DNA of 56,023 nt, counting the filler, from Jimgerdemannia flammicorona (Eukaryota): NCBI GenBank assembly GCA_003990765.1. It is 2 parts of 2 records of this genome, joined end to end, with 100 filler letters (N's around TTAATTAATTAA, not from the genome) between each part and the next. Parts side by side here need not be neighbours in the genome. Positions count along the whole stretch, not along the records: positions 1 to 27,973 come from RBNJ01000590.1; 1 more part is not named here. One strand, 5' to 3'. Below the pieces are notes generated by a model, which was not told where the DNA came from, did no database searches, and saw only the letters and a program-made list of their open reading frames with translations. Below are positions 10,964 to 25,266 of the stretch, in pieces (the first letter of the stretch is position 1; every line of letters starts with the position of its first letter). Made by a program: the position numbers and the translations under genes.

Positions 10964-12713
10964 TATAGATATATACAGGCTAAGATGTATACCATCATAC
11001 TTTGGTAAGAAGTAATTTATTATATTTATCAACAATTATATATATAAGATATATGTATAATTCTTATTGGCAAAGAGCAAAGCCTTAGAAAAATTCAAAG
11101 AATTTAAGACAATGATTGAGAATGAAACAAGATATAGAATATGTAATATATAATTAGATAATGGATGTAAATATATCAATAATACATTCAGACAATTCCT
11201 GAAAAATCATAGTATATAATATCAAAATAGCTCTCTATATATGTATCTCAGCAAAACAGTGTGGCCAAGTAATTTAACTATATAGTTGTAAAAATGGCTT
11301 ATATAATAATTTAGTAGCCAAACTGAGCAGAAGCTATTAATATGGCAATATATATACATAATTAATACATATCTCAAGTACTAAGCAAGAAAGTTGGCAA
11401 TAACAATAAATATAAGAATGATGATCTCAGCTCTAAAGAATTATAAAGCAGATCTAAGCTCAATATATTATATTTATATATATTTAGATGCAATGTATAT
11501 ATCTTTGATAAAAAGAATATCAATCAGCACAAATTCAAGCCAAAAGCTGTCAAGCACATATTTCTTGGATATTCTAGCAAGGTTTATAGACTCTGGGATC
11601 TATGTAAGTAGTGTATATATAGTTAGTTTGCATAATATACAGTTCAGAGAAAAAAGAGAATATTAAGAGATCTGAGTAGATATACTGGTCAATATATCTA
11701 CATCAACATCTATATCCCAGCAAGTATAACTAAAGCAATAACTATCATTAATCTATACAGTGATCAATCAAAATTATTTTCAACTGCTATATATATCTAA
11801 GCCTGAACCAGAGTTGTCTGAGCTAAGAATAATAGAGATAGAAGTTGAAGATGATAATGGCAAAACCTCTACTAGTGAGATCCTTCACAAAGAGTAAACA
11901 AAAGCAAAAGTATTCCAATGTTTACTGAGAATCTCATTCTGATTTAGATAGTTATCAGAACATACTAGTGAGCTCTAGATAACAGCAATGATAGAACTAC
12001 ATAGGCTATGCCAAAGCATACAAATGCACATATATTGTGATATCTTCTGGTAAGCCAAATACATACAACAAAGCTGTAACCAGCTCTGAAAGTGAGAAAT
12101 AGAAATGCAATATAGATGAGGAATATAATTCACTCATCAAGAATTGTATATGGGATCTTATATCTCTTTTATCAAATTGCCAAATAATTAGATCTAAGTA
12201 GGTCTATAGAATTAAGCATAAAAGTGATAGAAGTGTAAAGTGATATAAAGCTCATTTTGTTACTAATGATTATTTACAGAATTATAGTATAGACTATGAT
12301 AAGATATTGTTACCAGTATTTAAGCTTACTTAAAATACTCCTTATGATTGGCACACTATATAATCTGGAAATCCATCAAATGGATATAAAGACAGTATTC
12401 CTGAATAGAGATATAGATATCAAACTATATATCCATCAACTGCAAGGATATGAAAAAGGCAAACTTATATATAAATTACATAAAGAATTATATAGTATTT
12501 AGTAGTATGACTATAGAATAAAAGAATTGACAAACACCTCTTCAATAATGGATTATGTATTATAAAGTAGATAATTATATATATATCCAATATTATGATA
12601 ACAGCATAGTATTCATTTGTATTTGGGTTGATGATATCATCATTATTACTAGAAAGAATAGGCTTAACAGAGTCAAAGAAGCCCTATGCTGAGAATTTAA
12701 GATGATAGATATG

Positions 12714-15700
12714 TAGATGCCCAAGTACCTCACAGTCTCTCCAGTAGAGATAATTGTTTCAATGATATCTCCTCCCACTAGACCATTTTTTAACACTATT
12801 GTTTCACCCTTATACTAGTTATATTTAGTCCCAGAGTGTGCCTCATACCACTCCACTGTTCTCCTGAGTTCTTCAACATCAGTAATCAAATCCAGACAAA
12901 CCACCATATTATCTGCAAAGGCTCACAATACCAAATACTGAGAGCCCCACTATCTTCCACTGAATCCTATCCATCAATGACTCCAAGGACAGAGTATACA
13001 GAATAGAAGACAGTGGGTCCCCCTGGGGAATACCCCTACCCAGAGGGAACACTACCTATTATATATGAGTGCCACTTTACTCACTTCCAGCAGACTGATT
13101 ATTATCACTCGGAACTGCTGAAAGACACCAATCCTATCTAGTACCTTTGCCAGCCAGACCCTCTGAATATAGTTATATACTTTTTTCTGATCCAAGAAGA
13201 CCAATCACCCATCCAGTCCACAGGCTCAAGCTCCTTTAATAATACTATACACCTAGACCATGCTATCCCTAATGAGCCAGCCCCCTATGAAACCTTGCTG
13301 CTCCTCACCTAAGACTTGCTAGGCCACTTTCTGCAGCCTTACCATCACCTCTAGTGACTAACTTTCTGTCTATGTCCAGAAGCATGATGGGCTGCCAGTA
13401 CTTTCAGTCCTCCCTCCTGCCCTTATCCTTAAAAAGCAGAACCACTAGTCTCAGATCCTGCTCACCCACCCATCTCTCTGACTATAGTACAAAATCACAA
13501 AGCACTATCAATTCTCCAAGCACTCCAGGGACATCTATCATTTTCTTCCAAAAGTCCCATGGCAGACCAACCTCTCCTAGTACCATGCCTGGCATAGTTA
13601 TGGTAAGAACCTGGCAAATTTCCTCCTCCTGTACTGGCACCATCAAGCTGCCCAGCCCATCTACTTGCAGTGAGTACCATTTCTCCAAAGTATGTTAAAT
13701 AGAAGCAACATCAGTCCCACCCTCCTCCTCTCTCCACAGATCACTCCACCTCTCCTTCAATGAGCCCAGAATATCTTATAAACTATGTATCTACAGACTA
13801 TTAGAATCAAGAACCCCCTCCCACCACTGCCTCACTCTTCTTGCCTGAAGGGATCTTGAAAGGTACTTAGAGGGCCTCTCCCTCTCCTCCAGCCTCTGTC
13901 AGTATAGTCATACAGCCAGACTCCACACTTACATCTCTTTCTCCTCCCTCAATATCTGTTATAGCTCTACAACTTTCAGCTTCGCCTGCATCACCCACCA
14001 GTCCTCCTCCCCCTCCAAGGCCAAGAGCCCTGCCCAATCTTCCAAAAGTCCAGCCAATCTAGCAGAAGTCCAGATCACCCTCCTCCTCCTCTGCCTCTCT
14101 ACCACCTTGCCAGCCTCACTCCAGTAAACCCTAGCAGCCTCCTTCAACTTCACCTATTAGATACCAACTGAGACACTCTTTTATACCCAACTCTCTATTC
14201 ACTACTGAATGTCCTCTTCCCACTTGCCCCACACCACCTTCTCAGCCAACAAAGAGGAATTGAGATGTCAATGTCCAGGCCCATCTCTACTCTCCCCAAA
14301 GTAACTCTTCTTCAACAGCTCCTAGTGATCAGACCATGGATACCACTCAGTCTCCAGTATTATCCAAAAATCCAAACCTCAGCAGTCTACTGTCAGCATC
14401 CAATCAATCCTCATCTCCAGTCCATTTGCTCAGTATATATATACTCTCCTATCTCCCCATAACTCTCTGCCAGTATTCACTAGAGAGCTCAGCCTTTTCA
14501 TTTACTTCCATATCTCCAGACTCCTGCTTCTGCCCTCAATCCCTCACCCTCTATCAGCCCAATCCACCAACACATCCTGGACCATATTAAAGTCCCCTCT
14601 AAGAATGTCCACTCCAGCCTCAGCAAGGGTCCCACTCTCTTAGAGTCCTCTCACCCAATCTACTCTCTTCCTGCATATAGTAGGGCAGTAGCAGGAACCC
14701 ACTATAAGGCTCCCAACCTGATCAAATCCACTCTCCCCAGACCAGTCTGTCTCTCTAGCTCCTTATATCTTATATCTCTCCTGTGCCTCTCCAGATCAGG
14801 ATCCCAACCTTACTTTTCCAAACTGCTCCATCTCTCCATTCTGTTATCTATTATAGTCTGTCCAGATCAACTTTACATCTAATATCCTGCAAAAGAAAGA
14901 GATCAGCCTCCAACTTCTTTAGTCAAGTAAAAATGTTCCAATGCCTAACTGAACCCCTCAGTCCATTTATGTTCAAAGAGAAAATATTTGTTATACTATT
15001 TATAAGAAATAATGTTAGAAGTCCTGCTCATCTTCTACAACTCCACATTCATCTCCTCCTGTGCTAGGTCCAAGTTGTGTTCCATAGCCACCTCCTCCTC
15101 TTCAGTCCTCTTTGCCTCCAATTCAACCAAAAGTTCAGCTAGCTCCCCATTCTCCTTTTCCTCAAAATCCTCATGATACTCTAGGCAGATCTCCTGCCAG
15201 AGCTGCAATCCATATTGCTCCACCCACCAGAGGGTAGCCCACTTGCCAGCAGTAACCACCAGCTATCTCCCTCACCTTATCAACCTCATACCCTTCCTCC
15301 TCCAAGAAAACTGCAAGCACCTCTGCCTTCCGGGCCTTCACCACTTCATCTCTATATAGAATCTACACTCAATAATTGTCAATAAGCACCCTCAAGTCTA
15401 CTTCTCCCAACTCCTCAGCCACTAAGTAGTTCATCATCTAGCACATTCATTATAGATTGCCCACCTCCTTCCGATCTGGAGTTGCCAGCCTCCCATCTTC
15501 CAGTATTGTGGTATCTGTCTCTATACTCACAGACTCATCCCACTCCTCCTCCGAGACATCCACCAGTTCATCCTTATCAGCTGCCACCACCTGTCTCTCT
15601 TTTGCTACCTCAGGAACCCCAAAGTGCACTTGCTGGGCACCACACATGGGCACATCCACTGCTGCCCAGCCCCTTGTAGCTGGTAAGAGGAGGAGGAGTG

Positions 15701-16140
15701 TTCTCCCAGACTTCAAACATTCTATCTCTATATAGATCTTGCTTAGTACCTTCCTACAAAGATGGTACAAAAATCTTCAACCTATTCTTGACATCTTTTT
15801 CTATTTGTTTCTTTATCTTATACTATACTCTTTGTTATATATATAAACTCAGTTATTTATAATAAACTATCATATATAAAGGCAATATAGAAATTTCTAA
15901 TCCATCTTTTATATTTTTTTATTTTTTTATTTTCTTACTTACTTTGTCTCATACTGTACTTCTCATTATATATAAAGACTCTCAGTTGTTTTTAACAAAC
16001 TACAAATTCAAAATCCCAAATTCCAACCTTATATCTACTCACTCTACTCAATAGCTCAATATAATTGATTTCATTTTTTTAATATTTTGAACCCCTTCAA
16101 ATTTCACAAAAAGAATTTAACAAACCCGGACCACTTGTTA
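12714..16140 (-). mobile_element. L1/Tx1-type LINE (ORF1 + APE endonuclease + RT), degenerate, 3' end missing; boundaries approximate
   Basis: Minus-strand motifs: SLNINGLR, DLFLLQ, ILRGDFN, SDH (endonuclease); YWQPIMLL, VFLDQKK.Y, GRGIPQGDPLS, AFADN, VRYLGI (RT). Confidence 0.85.
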
Positions 16141-16505
16141 CCAATGTTTAGAGCTAATATTCAGATGGGTTTTTATTAAAGAGAGATCAATAGAGAGTAT
16201 ATATATATTATTTTTCAAAGTATCATCAGTCCAGTATATATTGAGAGGGTATTGAATCTAAGAAGTATAGGAAAACAAATATTTATAACTCAAATCTCTG
16301 TTCTGTCAAAATTCAAATCACTAAAATTTCCTCTACTCAGACTATATATATTGAACTATTTGATATAGAATCTGCTATTTATAGAAATCCAATTGATAAT
16401 ATTGATATATTTAAGAAGTCTTAAGCATTACTTTATCTTGTAATAAAGGAGGCTATAAAGAGCTATTAGCTACTGGATATTGCTACATCAGTAAGAGAAA
16501 GTACT

Positions 16506-17686
16506 CAGGGTCCTTTCTCTGCTACCTTACTGGTCACAAGGTTTGGTAGGCGACCTTTTGAGTCCCCTTTCCCCTATTATTACCCCCTCTACCTTGGGTT
16601 GGTTTGCTGTGCCTGCAGGGGCATAGTGGGAGGAGGGCAATGGTGATGAGTTGCCCCTTTATCAGTGTCAGATCAGTGCTTCCTCCACTTTTTCATGGAT
16701 TCTGGTGCCTTCAGCTGCGTCTGGGGTGTACCCATTTTGGTGCGGCATCTTCTTCCTTTTACCATTGCCAACAAGGTGTTGTCTCAGTATATCTCAGGCT
16801 ACATAGAGAGTCGGCCAACCTTGGGTGTCAAGTGCTCAGTATAGGTTACCTGCAGGTCCTTGGTGCCTGTGGTGGGGCCCTCTGGCTTTGGCGAGCTTCC
16901 TGGTGAGTGTGGTTCTGGCATAGGTGACTGCTTTTCAGGTGTTGTTGGGATGGGAGGGGAGATGGCTGTCACAGATAGGTGGAAGGACAATAACAGTGAA
17001 CCAGTAGGGTGCCAGGCTGGGGGCAGTCATCAGGGCTGGGGCAGGTGCTGCTTCAGTGGGGCCTTTTGATTGGTGCGGCATGGTTAGGTGGTAGGTGTCA
17101 CTATCAGCTTCTTTTGGCAGTCAGCGGGGTTGGGCCCCAGTCATCAGGGGGGGTCAGGAGGCCCGAGGCTACCTATTTCAGGTATCTTGGCTGCACTCAA
17201 CTGGAACCAGGAGCTGACATGGCAATGTGATCGAGGCCCACAGGCTTGAGTAGTGAGGTATTGGGGGTTTTCTCCCACCTCACATATAAGTCCTTTACTC
17301 ACCTCAACTGGGAGAACCAGACCCTACCCACCATATTGTGCTTTGATAAGAGTTTTTTATTTGCCTGTCATTCTCTTTGGGGTGGTAGGGGCTATTCTAT
17401 TCGGCTCGGGCATAGCCTTGTATATACATTGGGTTCTCAGGCATGCACTTTCAGTCGTTGGCATATGGTTGGGTTTCCCCTGGTGGTAGGGAGAGCATGG
17501 TGTGTAGAATGAGGTGCAGGCCTATCGGCCCTGCTGTGCCTGGTATGGTCGAGCTGCTGGATAATAGCTAGCCTAGGTTAATGGGGGGGCAGTGCTTGGT
17601 GGGTGGTGGGAGAGGGTTTTGGCCTATATAGTCTAGGTAAAAATCCACAGGACATGAGTCTGTTAAAAAAAAAAAAAAAAAAAAAA
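16506..17686 (+). mobile_element. 1.18-kb non-autonomous poly(A) retroposon (SINE-like), copy 1
   Basis: A22 tail at 17665-17686. Perfect 15-bp TSD GTAAGAGAAAGTACT at 16491-16505 and 17687-17701. Confidence 0.9.
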
Positions 17687-18349
17687 GTAAGAGAAAGTAC
17701 TGTTGAAAAGCTAGATAAAGGAAGTAGAGCATAGTATCTATATATACAGAAAATTGCAAATATTCAACAGACTATATAAAGGTCAGTCAATATATATCTC
17801 ATTATATATAAAGATTTAGAGATAGATATTATAGAGACTTTTGAATTTTTATTAAAAGATAGATATCAAGTTCAGGAAATATCTTCAGCTTAGACCTCCT
17901 CATCATCTTTGAACTTCTCAATATCTTCAACCTCCTCAACCAAGCAAGGATTTATTTTTACAACTTTAGAATAATTTCAAAAACTCTCAAAACATAGCTT
18001 GATTTAATATATAAGATAAATAAGTGGGACTTGAAACTGTTTATCTTATATATTTATAATAATATTGGATACTGATATATTAGAGGTCATTTTTTTGTAG
18101 ATAGAGAAAATAGTACTATTATAACTTAGGCACTTAAGATGGTTTGAAGATTTGTATCTACATAATTAGAGGCTTTAGTATTTTCTTCCTGATCAGAGTA
18201 CTGTTGAAGCCAATGCTATCTATAAGGGTTTTCAAAACTTAAAAGCTAGTAAGATGGAATGTAAAATTATTCTTTATATAGTTTATATTATATAAATATA
18301 GATATCAAAATATATAGTGATACTGCTCATAACAAGATAATCCTGACTT

Positions 18350-19052
18350 TGTATTATCAAACCAGAACTAATTATGAGAAGAATATACAATAAGCAATTG
18401 AACTTGCTCTTACTCTAGCTGGCAAGTTATGTCAAAACTAGCTTCATTTATATGTAGACTGGCTCTACTATAAAGTTGCATCAAAAGACTAGAATCAGGC
18501 TCTCTGGAAATGGCAGATAGTGTAGATTCTTCAGAATCAGACTCACTGGAAATAGATAAATAACTCAGCAGCAGATTTCACAAATGGCAGCAAAGTTCTT
18601 TACTCAAACTCAGCAGATTTCTTAGATTCTTCAGACTTATCTGGCAAGTAAACCAAAAACAGACTCATTCTTTATATCAGAAAGTGAACCAGAGTGAAAG
18701 GTAAGATCACAATCTTCTAGCAGTAGCTGTAGAGCTCCTCTTGAAGTATGGTAGGCAGACTTGTCTTTTGCTTTGAATTTTAGACTGAGGTTTATTCACA
18801 CTTATCTCTAGGGTATTTTATATATTTGTAGTTGCTATCTATGACAAGTATACCCAGATAGTACAGTATACCCACTCAGTATAGTATATTTACTCAATAC
18901 AGTATACCTACTCAGTACAGGTAAATAAACTGTTTCTGATATCTCTGGCTAATTATACAAGTTGATACAGTAAAATAATCTTAGTTGCTTAGAGCACTAG
19001 ATATGGTATATGGCTAATTTATGATTTTAGCAGTATAACTCTGATATTCATC
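18350..19052 (-). repeat. Divergent, decayed LTR related to the element A LTRs (boundaries approximate)
   Basis: 18580-18840 aligns with 9830-10135 (e.g. GGCAGACTTGTCTTTTGCTTTG, CTGAGGTTTATTCAC). 18-bp tandem repeats sit at the equivalent position. Confidence 0.65.
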
Positions 19053-20916
19053 AAACTACTCATTCAGAGATAATAGAAGCTACTAGCTATAAGAAAAAAG
19101 AAGATATCTTCTCTAAGATAAGGAGTTACTTCTCTGGGAAAGATCTGAGATATTCTTATCAAGTTTAGAGGAGTAACTATTTCAGTGAATATATTTGTCA
19201 TGAATGTCACCAACTATGATATTCTCATCAATAATCAGTGGCTTCACAAGACTAAGGCTATAATCAATATAAATGTCCAGAAGATACAGATTGTCTACTG
19301 AGAACAAAAGATGTAAATTTCAATCAATATTAATAAAGAAGTACTCTCTGAGATAAAGGAAGAAGATAGTGATCAATAAGAAGTCTATATAATAACTACT
19401 CAGAAAAAGAAAAAAAAGGTCAGATGGATTAGCAAAGAAGATTGGTATAAGAAGATTACTAAAAAATATACTCTATAAGAAGTTTGTTATTATTGAATTC
19501 AGATATACTATATATATATATAAAGTATATAGATAAGTACTACAAATATATTGTTAAGATTCAAAAGATTCATTATCAAGAGAAGAAAAGAAAGCAGAAG
19601 TAGCAAGAAAAGAAAGATCAGAAGGATAAATCACTAGTTCTTCTAGAAGATAGTGATGATGAAGAAGAAATTAAGGTTATAATTCAGAGAATTTACCCTA
19701 ATACAGTTATATCAGAATATAAGTCTGAAAATGTAGCTGGTATAGATATTATAATTGTTGAAGAGATAGTTCTACAGATAACTAATCTACTTATAACTAA
19801 TCTAGAGATAACTATTTCCAAGGGTCATATCAGAATACTCAAGAAATAAAATAGCCTAGCCAAAATGAAACTTTGATTAAAGGAGGAGTTATTAATTCTA
19901 ATTATATTAGAGAAATCCTACTCATTGTCAGGAACCATAATCTCATAATTTTATTTATAGTTAAGAAGAAGAACTAACTTATATATATACTAGTCTTTCT
20001 GGTACTATAATCTAAGATTATAGAAGTAAAAAAGCTAGATGAAATAGGAACAGAAAGAAAAGAATTTAGATATATAGGAAGAGGAGTTTTCATTAGTATC
20101 AATATTACTAAACTAGACTACAGAAAGGAGAAAATTGCAGAGAAGTATAGCTCTATATACTATTTAAAATAAATTTCCATTCAAGAAGGAACCTAAGAGC
20201 TATTATATGAATTTGAAGATATCCCTGCAACTGATTTCAAGAATACTAAAGAAAAGATACCATACTACTATTATGATATAGATATAGGAGATATGGAGCC
20301 AATCTATCCAATGATAAGACCAATTTCACTAGTATATCATAAATAGTTCAGAGAAGAGATCAAGCAGATATAAGAAGCTACCATCATCAAAGAGGTGAAG
20401 TACAATACTATACTACCTTGTATTTATACTCTGAATTCTATCAAAGCTGTCCCACTAAAGAAGTCAGTAAATATCAGCCTTCATTATCATAGATAGAATC
20501 TATGTCTAGCTATAAATACTATTTAAAATATTTAATACTCTAGTAAGTTTCCAGAGAATAATAAATAACATCTTTTAAAATAATATAGAAAAATAGATAG
20601 TAGTCTATATAGATCATGTAATTATCTTCAATATGCCAGTCAAAGAACATCTGAACTATATTTACTGAATCTTACAAATATTGAGAGAATATGATATATT
20701 TATTAAGCTAAAGAGATATAAGTTTGTAGAAATTAAAATCTCCTACCTTGGATATATTATCAATCAGATTAAAACTCATACAGACTGTATCAAGATTTAA
20801 GCAGTGGTACCCTATCTAAGATCCACTATAGTTACTAAAGCTCAAGCCTATATAGGGCTCACTACTATTATAAGAGGATTATTAAAGTATTTACCAATAT
20901 TACAGTTTATATCTAT

Positions 20917-21388
20917 TGTGATGGTATAGCCAGATTCGGAAGAAGGAAATAGAGAACAGACACTTGATTGCACTCAGTCCCAAAGTAGTACATATAGCCA
21001 CATAGTTAGCAGTCCTCGATTTTGCCACTTGCTAAATATTTTGCAAAGTACAAGATCGAGCTTCCCGATATAGTATAGCAGTTCGCAACTGGCAAAATAT
21101 TTCGCAAAGTGTTAAATGACTCATAACTTAGCCATGTAACCCAGTAACCATCTCATAGCTAGCATAACTTGTATAAATAACCCAGTATCTTTGAGTGAAT
21201 AAACCTCAGATCGAAATAGTTCAAAGCAAAGAGATAGTAAAGGAACTAGTAAGCCTGCGGACAGATACACTTCGAACTCACCCACCCTCCCCTGTAACTT
21301 CAAGAGACTCTGTGGGAGTCAGAATGGTCAAGTTTTCAAGGTACAGAAATCCGACGTACTTTCAAGAGTAAGCGTCCGCTATGTTACA
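20917..21388 (+). repeat. 5' LTR of element B
   Basis: TGTGATGG...TGTTACA; direct repeat of 25766-26234. Confidence 0.92.
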
Positions 21389-21391
21389 ACT

Positions 21392-21408
21392 TGGTGCCCA
21401 TTGACTGG
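21392..21408 (+). promoter_or_regulatory. Candidate primer-binding site of element B (tRNA identity not assigned)
   Basis: TGGTGCCCATTGACTGG, 3 nt (ACT) after the LTR CA. Confidence 0.6.
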
Positions 21409-24400
21409 TGATTTAAGACGAATCCCTCACTTTCAAGCTGAACAACGAACAACCGCCACTACCTGAACAACCATACAAACTGAGCCCTAATATCCAGACA
21501 AGATAGATATAAGACCACCAGTATTCCACGGATATACCTCAGATGAATCAATCATCACCTTCATTGATGATTTCAAGCAGTATACTGCTGTAAGGACTCT
21601 GACAGCAGCACAGCAAGTAGCCCTCATGCCCTTCAGCCTATGAGATCCTGCCAGAGCAGCATTCACAGCCACAACCCATACAGGAAATAATGCCAATGCT
21701 ATACTGACAGCACAGAAGACCTGGCTCTGAAATACATATTATACAGACAAGATCAAGCAAGCCCTGAAGGATCAGCTCAATACAATATGCCAAGGAATGA
21801 GCAAAGATCCAAACACATTCTATACCAGAATTCGATATCAGATAATCCTTGCAGATTATGCAACTGCTATCCGAGATCAAGTAGCTGAAGCAACCTTCAT
21901 GAAAGGAGTCCATCCAGAAATAGCCATGGCCATCTGCTCATCACCAGTGATTCTGGATCTGCCACAGAAGGTCACCTATGCTCAGCAATACTAGATAGCC
22001 AGACATCCACAAGACCATACAATGGAAAGAGTTACAGGAGACAGAATTGAGGCACCTAAGTTAACCAGTGTGATCCCCACCACAATGATCAATCAAAACA
22101 CACCTCAGCCAAAAGCTACAGAGCAGCAAAAGAACAGTGACCCTATGGAGGAACTTGCCAAAAGATTTGCTGAAATGACTGCTCACCTGGGAGATGTGGT
22201 AAAGGAAATTCGAGGAAGAGACTGCTGCCCTGTTCAGAAGTTTGCCACCACCTCAGATAAGGAGAAAGGTACCTGCTACAGCTGTGGAGAAGAAGGCCAC
22301 TACTCCTATGAATGCATGAGTGAAACTAAGCACAAGGCTCAACCAAGCAATGCTACACAAAACAAGGAGCAGGCCAATACAATTACCTTCGAGGAAATTG
22401 GAGATTCTGATGAAGAAGAATGGGAGGCCTATCCTGCTCAGACTACTAAGAAGGATGTTTGCAAGGAATCCTACAAGAGACCACCAGGAAGACCCAAGAA
22501 GAACCCAGTAGAAAAGCAGATGGAAATGGCCACTGAAAGCCAGGCTGAAGAGATGGACCAGGATATGGAGCTGGAACAAGCAGTTCAAGATATCATCTGA
22601 GGAACCACCCCAGCCAGTGAAGGAGAAAAAGAAAAGAAGCTTTGCAAGACCAAGACCTTCAAGTATGATATCTTCAAGGACCTCAGTCAACAAAAAGTCA
22701 ATGCAACCTTTGGTCAGCTCACTGAAATCCCAACATTCAGACAGCAAATAAGGTTTGGACTTGCTAAAACAACTAAGGAACAAGGATGGAAGATAACTGA
22801 GGCCAATAATGTTCAAGAGGACTCAGGAGAAGAAAGTGAGGACAATTGCAAAACCTCTGCATATGCAACATGCCAAATTGAAGATGGAATCTTTGAAGCC
22901 ATCATTGATACAGGAGTGGGAGGATGTCTCCTCAGCAAGAAGGCAGCAGACTGCCTAGGTTGGGATGTGGAAGAAGCAACTAAGCTGGTATTTGTCACAG
23001 CTGATGGCACAAGAGCCACACCTCTGGGAAAGATCCAAGATGTTCCTATTAAGATTGGAGGAGCAACCATCCCAGTAGATGTAATTGTAACCAATGCCAC
23101 CAACTATGACATCCTCATCAGCAATCAGTGGCTTCACAAAGCCAAGGCAGTAATTGATCTCAATGCCCAGAAGATGCAGATCACCTACCAGGGACAGAAG
23201 ATATGAATTTCCATTAATGTCAACAAAGGAGTCCTGCCTGACATGGAGGAAGAAGAAAGTGAGCAAGAGGAAGCTTATATGGTGACTACTCCAAAGAAGA
23301 AGAAAGTTGGATAGATAAGTGAAAAAAAATGGTGCAAGAAGATCACAGAAGGCTATATACCACAAGGAGTCTGTCTTCATGGGATCAAGATGTACTGCAT
23401 AGAGCATGTCAATGATTGCTACCAGTGCACCATCGGAATCAAGAAGATCCACCAGGAAAGAAGGCAGAAAGCTCTCGAAAAACAGATCAGAGAAGAAGAG
23501 AAGGAGGAAGATGATGAACCACCAGCCCTCCTGGAGGACAGTGATGATGAAGGAGAAATCAAGGTCAAGATTCGAAAGATCCACCCTGACGCAGTCTTGC
23601 CAGAATACAAGTCAGAAAATGCAGCCGGAATGGATATCGCTACAGTAGAAGAGACTGTACTGGAACCCCAGACAACCACCCTACTTGCAACCGGACTGGA
23701 GATGACTATTCCAAAAGACCATGTTGGGATACTCAAGACAAGAAGTAGCCTGGCCAGAAGTGAAATTACTATCGAAGGAGAAGTCATCGATTCAGACTAT
23801 ACTGGAGAAATTCTGCTCATTGCTAGGAATCGCAATCCTACAATTCCATTCCCAGTTAGAAAAGTTCCACTACCACTTGGCTGGAAGACACTTCACCATC
23901 TAGACGGACCACTCAGCTCTCACCTGGCTACTGACAACTGGACAACCTAAAGGAATCTATGCCAGATGGATAATGAAGTTACAAGCCTATGATGTAACCA
24001 TTGTACACTGCCCTGGAAGAACAAATTCCAATGCAGATACTCTCTCATGGACACCTCGAAACACCTCCAACCAACAAACCAATCATGAATAAAGAACTCT
24101 ACTATAGAATCATCACATATCTGGGACAGCGAAAGATGCCCCAATATCTGGAAGAATGGATGCAAATGATTATCAACAGAACATAGAAACAATTCGAAAC
24201 CGATGGAGAAACACTGAAGAAAGGAAAACTACTAGTCATACCAGAACACAAGAAGGAGCAAGTGATGAAATCAGTACATGAACTTGGCCATCTAGGAGGA
24301 ACGAATACATATGACAAGGCAAGAAGAACAATGTGGTGGCCAGGGATGGAGGAAGATATCAGACAATTCATCAAGACCTGCAACAAATGCCAGAAACAGA

Positions 24401-25266
24401 AACAAGACCAACGAAATTGAACCCCAGGATCAGCATATATAGAACTAGTACCATTTGTCCACATTGCAATGGATGTAATCAGCCCTCTACCCTTGACTTT
24501 GACTGGCAACTGATACATCATCGTCATTGTAGACCTTTTTACAAAATGGATAGAAGTAGGACCCCTTATGGAAGCCAATGCACAGTCAATCACCAATTTC
24601 TTTCACAAAGAAATCATCTGCTGGTTCAAGACCCCAACACAAGTAACTACAGATAGAGGAACAGAATTTGTGAACCAGTTCTTCGAAGTTCTCTACAAGA
24701 AGTACAAGATCCAGCATATTTGGACCACAGCATATCACCCTCAAGGAAATGGACAAGTAAAAAGGACCAACAAAACCCTCAAGAACATTATTGCCAAGAT
24801 CTGCAATAACTATGAGAACTGGGATCACTATCTGCCAATAGCATTATCTGCTCTCCAGGAATCCAATCACAAAGTACCCATTTTACCCCTCGAGAAATGC
24901 TATTCAGAGAAAAATGTTCTCAGGGAACCCTATTGTCCAATGGAGATGCTGTATGGAAACATGTGGATATGGAAATATGGAGACTACACCAAATCAGGAA
25001 GAAGGCTGAGGATTACATAACCAAGGCGCAGACACTACAATGGAGGAATGCAGAAAAGACCCACAAACTCTTGGAGATTATCAAGATAGGAGACAAAGTC
25101 CTAGTGTATCAGAATATGGTAGAAGCTTCATGGTCATGGAAACTGGAGCCCAAGTGGGAAGGACCTTACCTGGTGCAAGATATAAAAGAGACCACCTTTT
25201 GGCTACGAAAACCCTCAGGCTCAATAATCCCCACTACTATTCACCGAAACTGACTCAAGAAATATC

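Larger units (their letters stand above)
8991..17870 (+). mobile_element. Highly decayed Ty1/copia pol, fragmented by later insertions (right boundary approximate)
   Basis: Relic motifs: YTPEIGKNL, KSKALEKFKEFK..IENET...DNG (integrase), EEYNSLIKN..WDL and LEIHQMDIKTVFLN (RT), FICIWVDDIII. Integrase precedes RT, the copia order. Confidence 0.85.

Noticed and set aside
17880..18345. AT-rich fragment possibly from another retroelement
   Set aside because: Too decayed for me to assign any motif with confidence.
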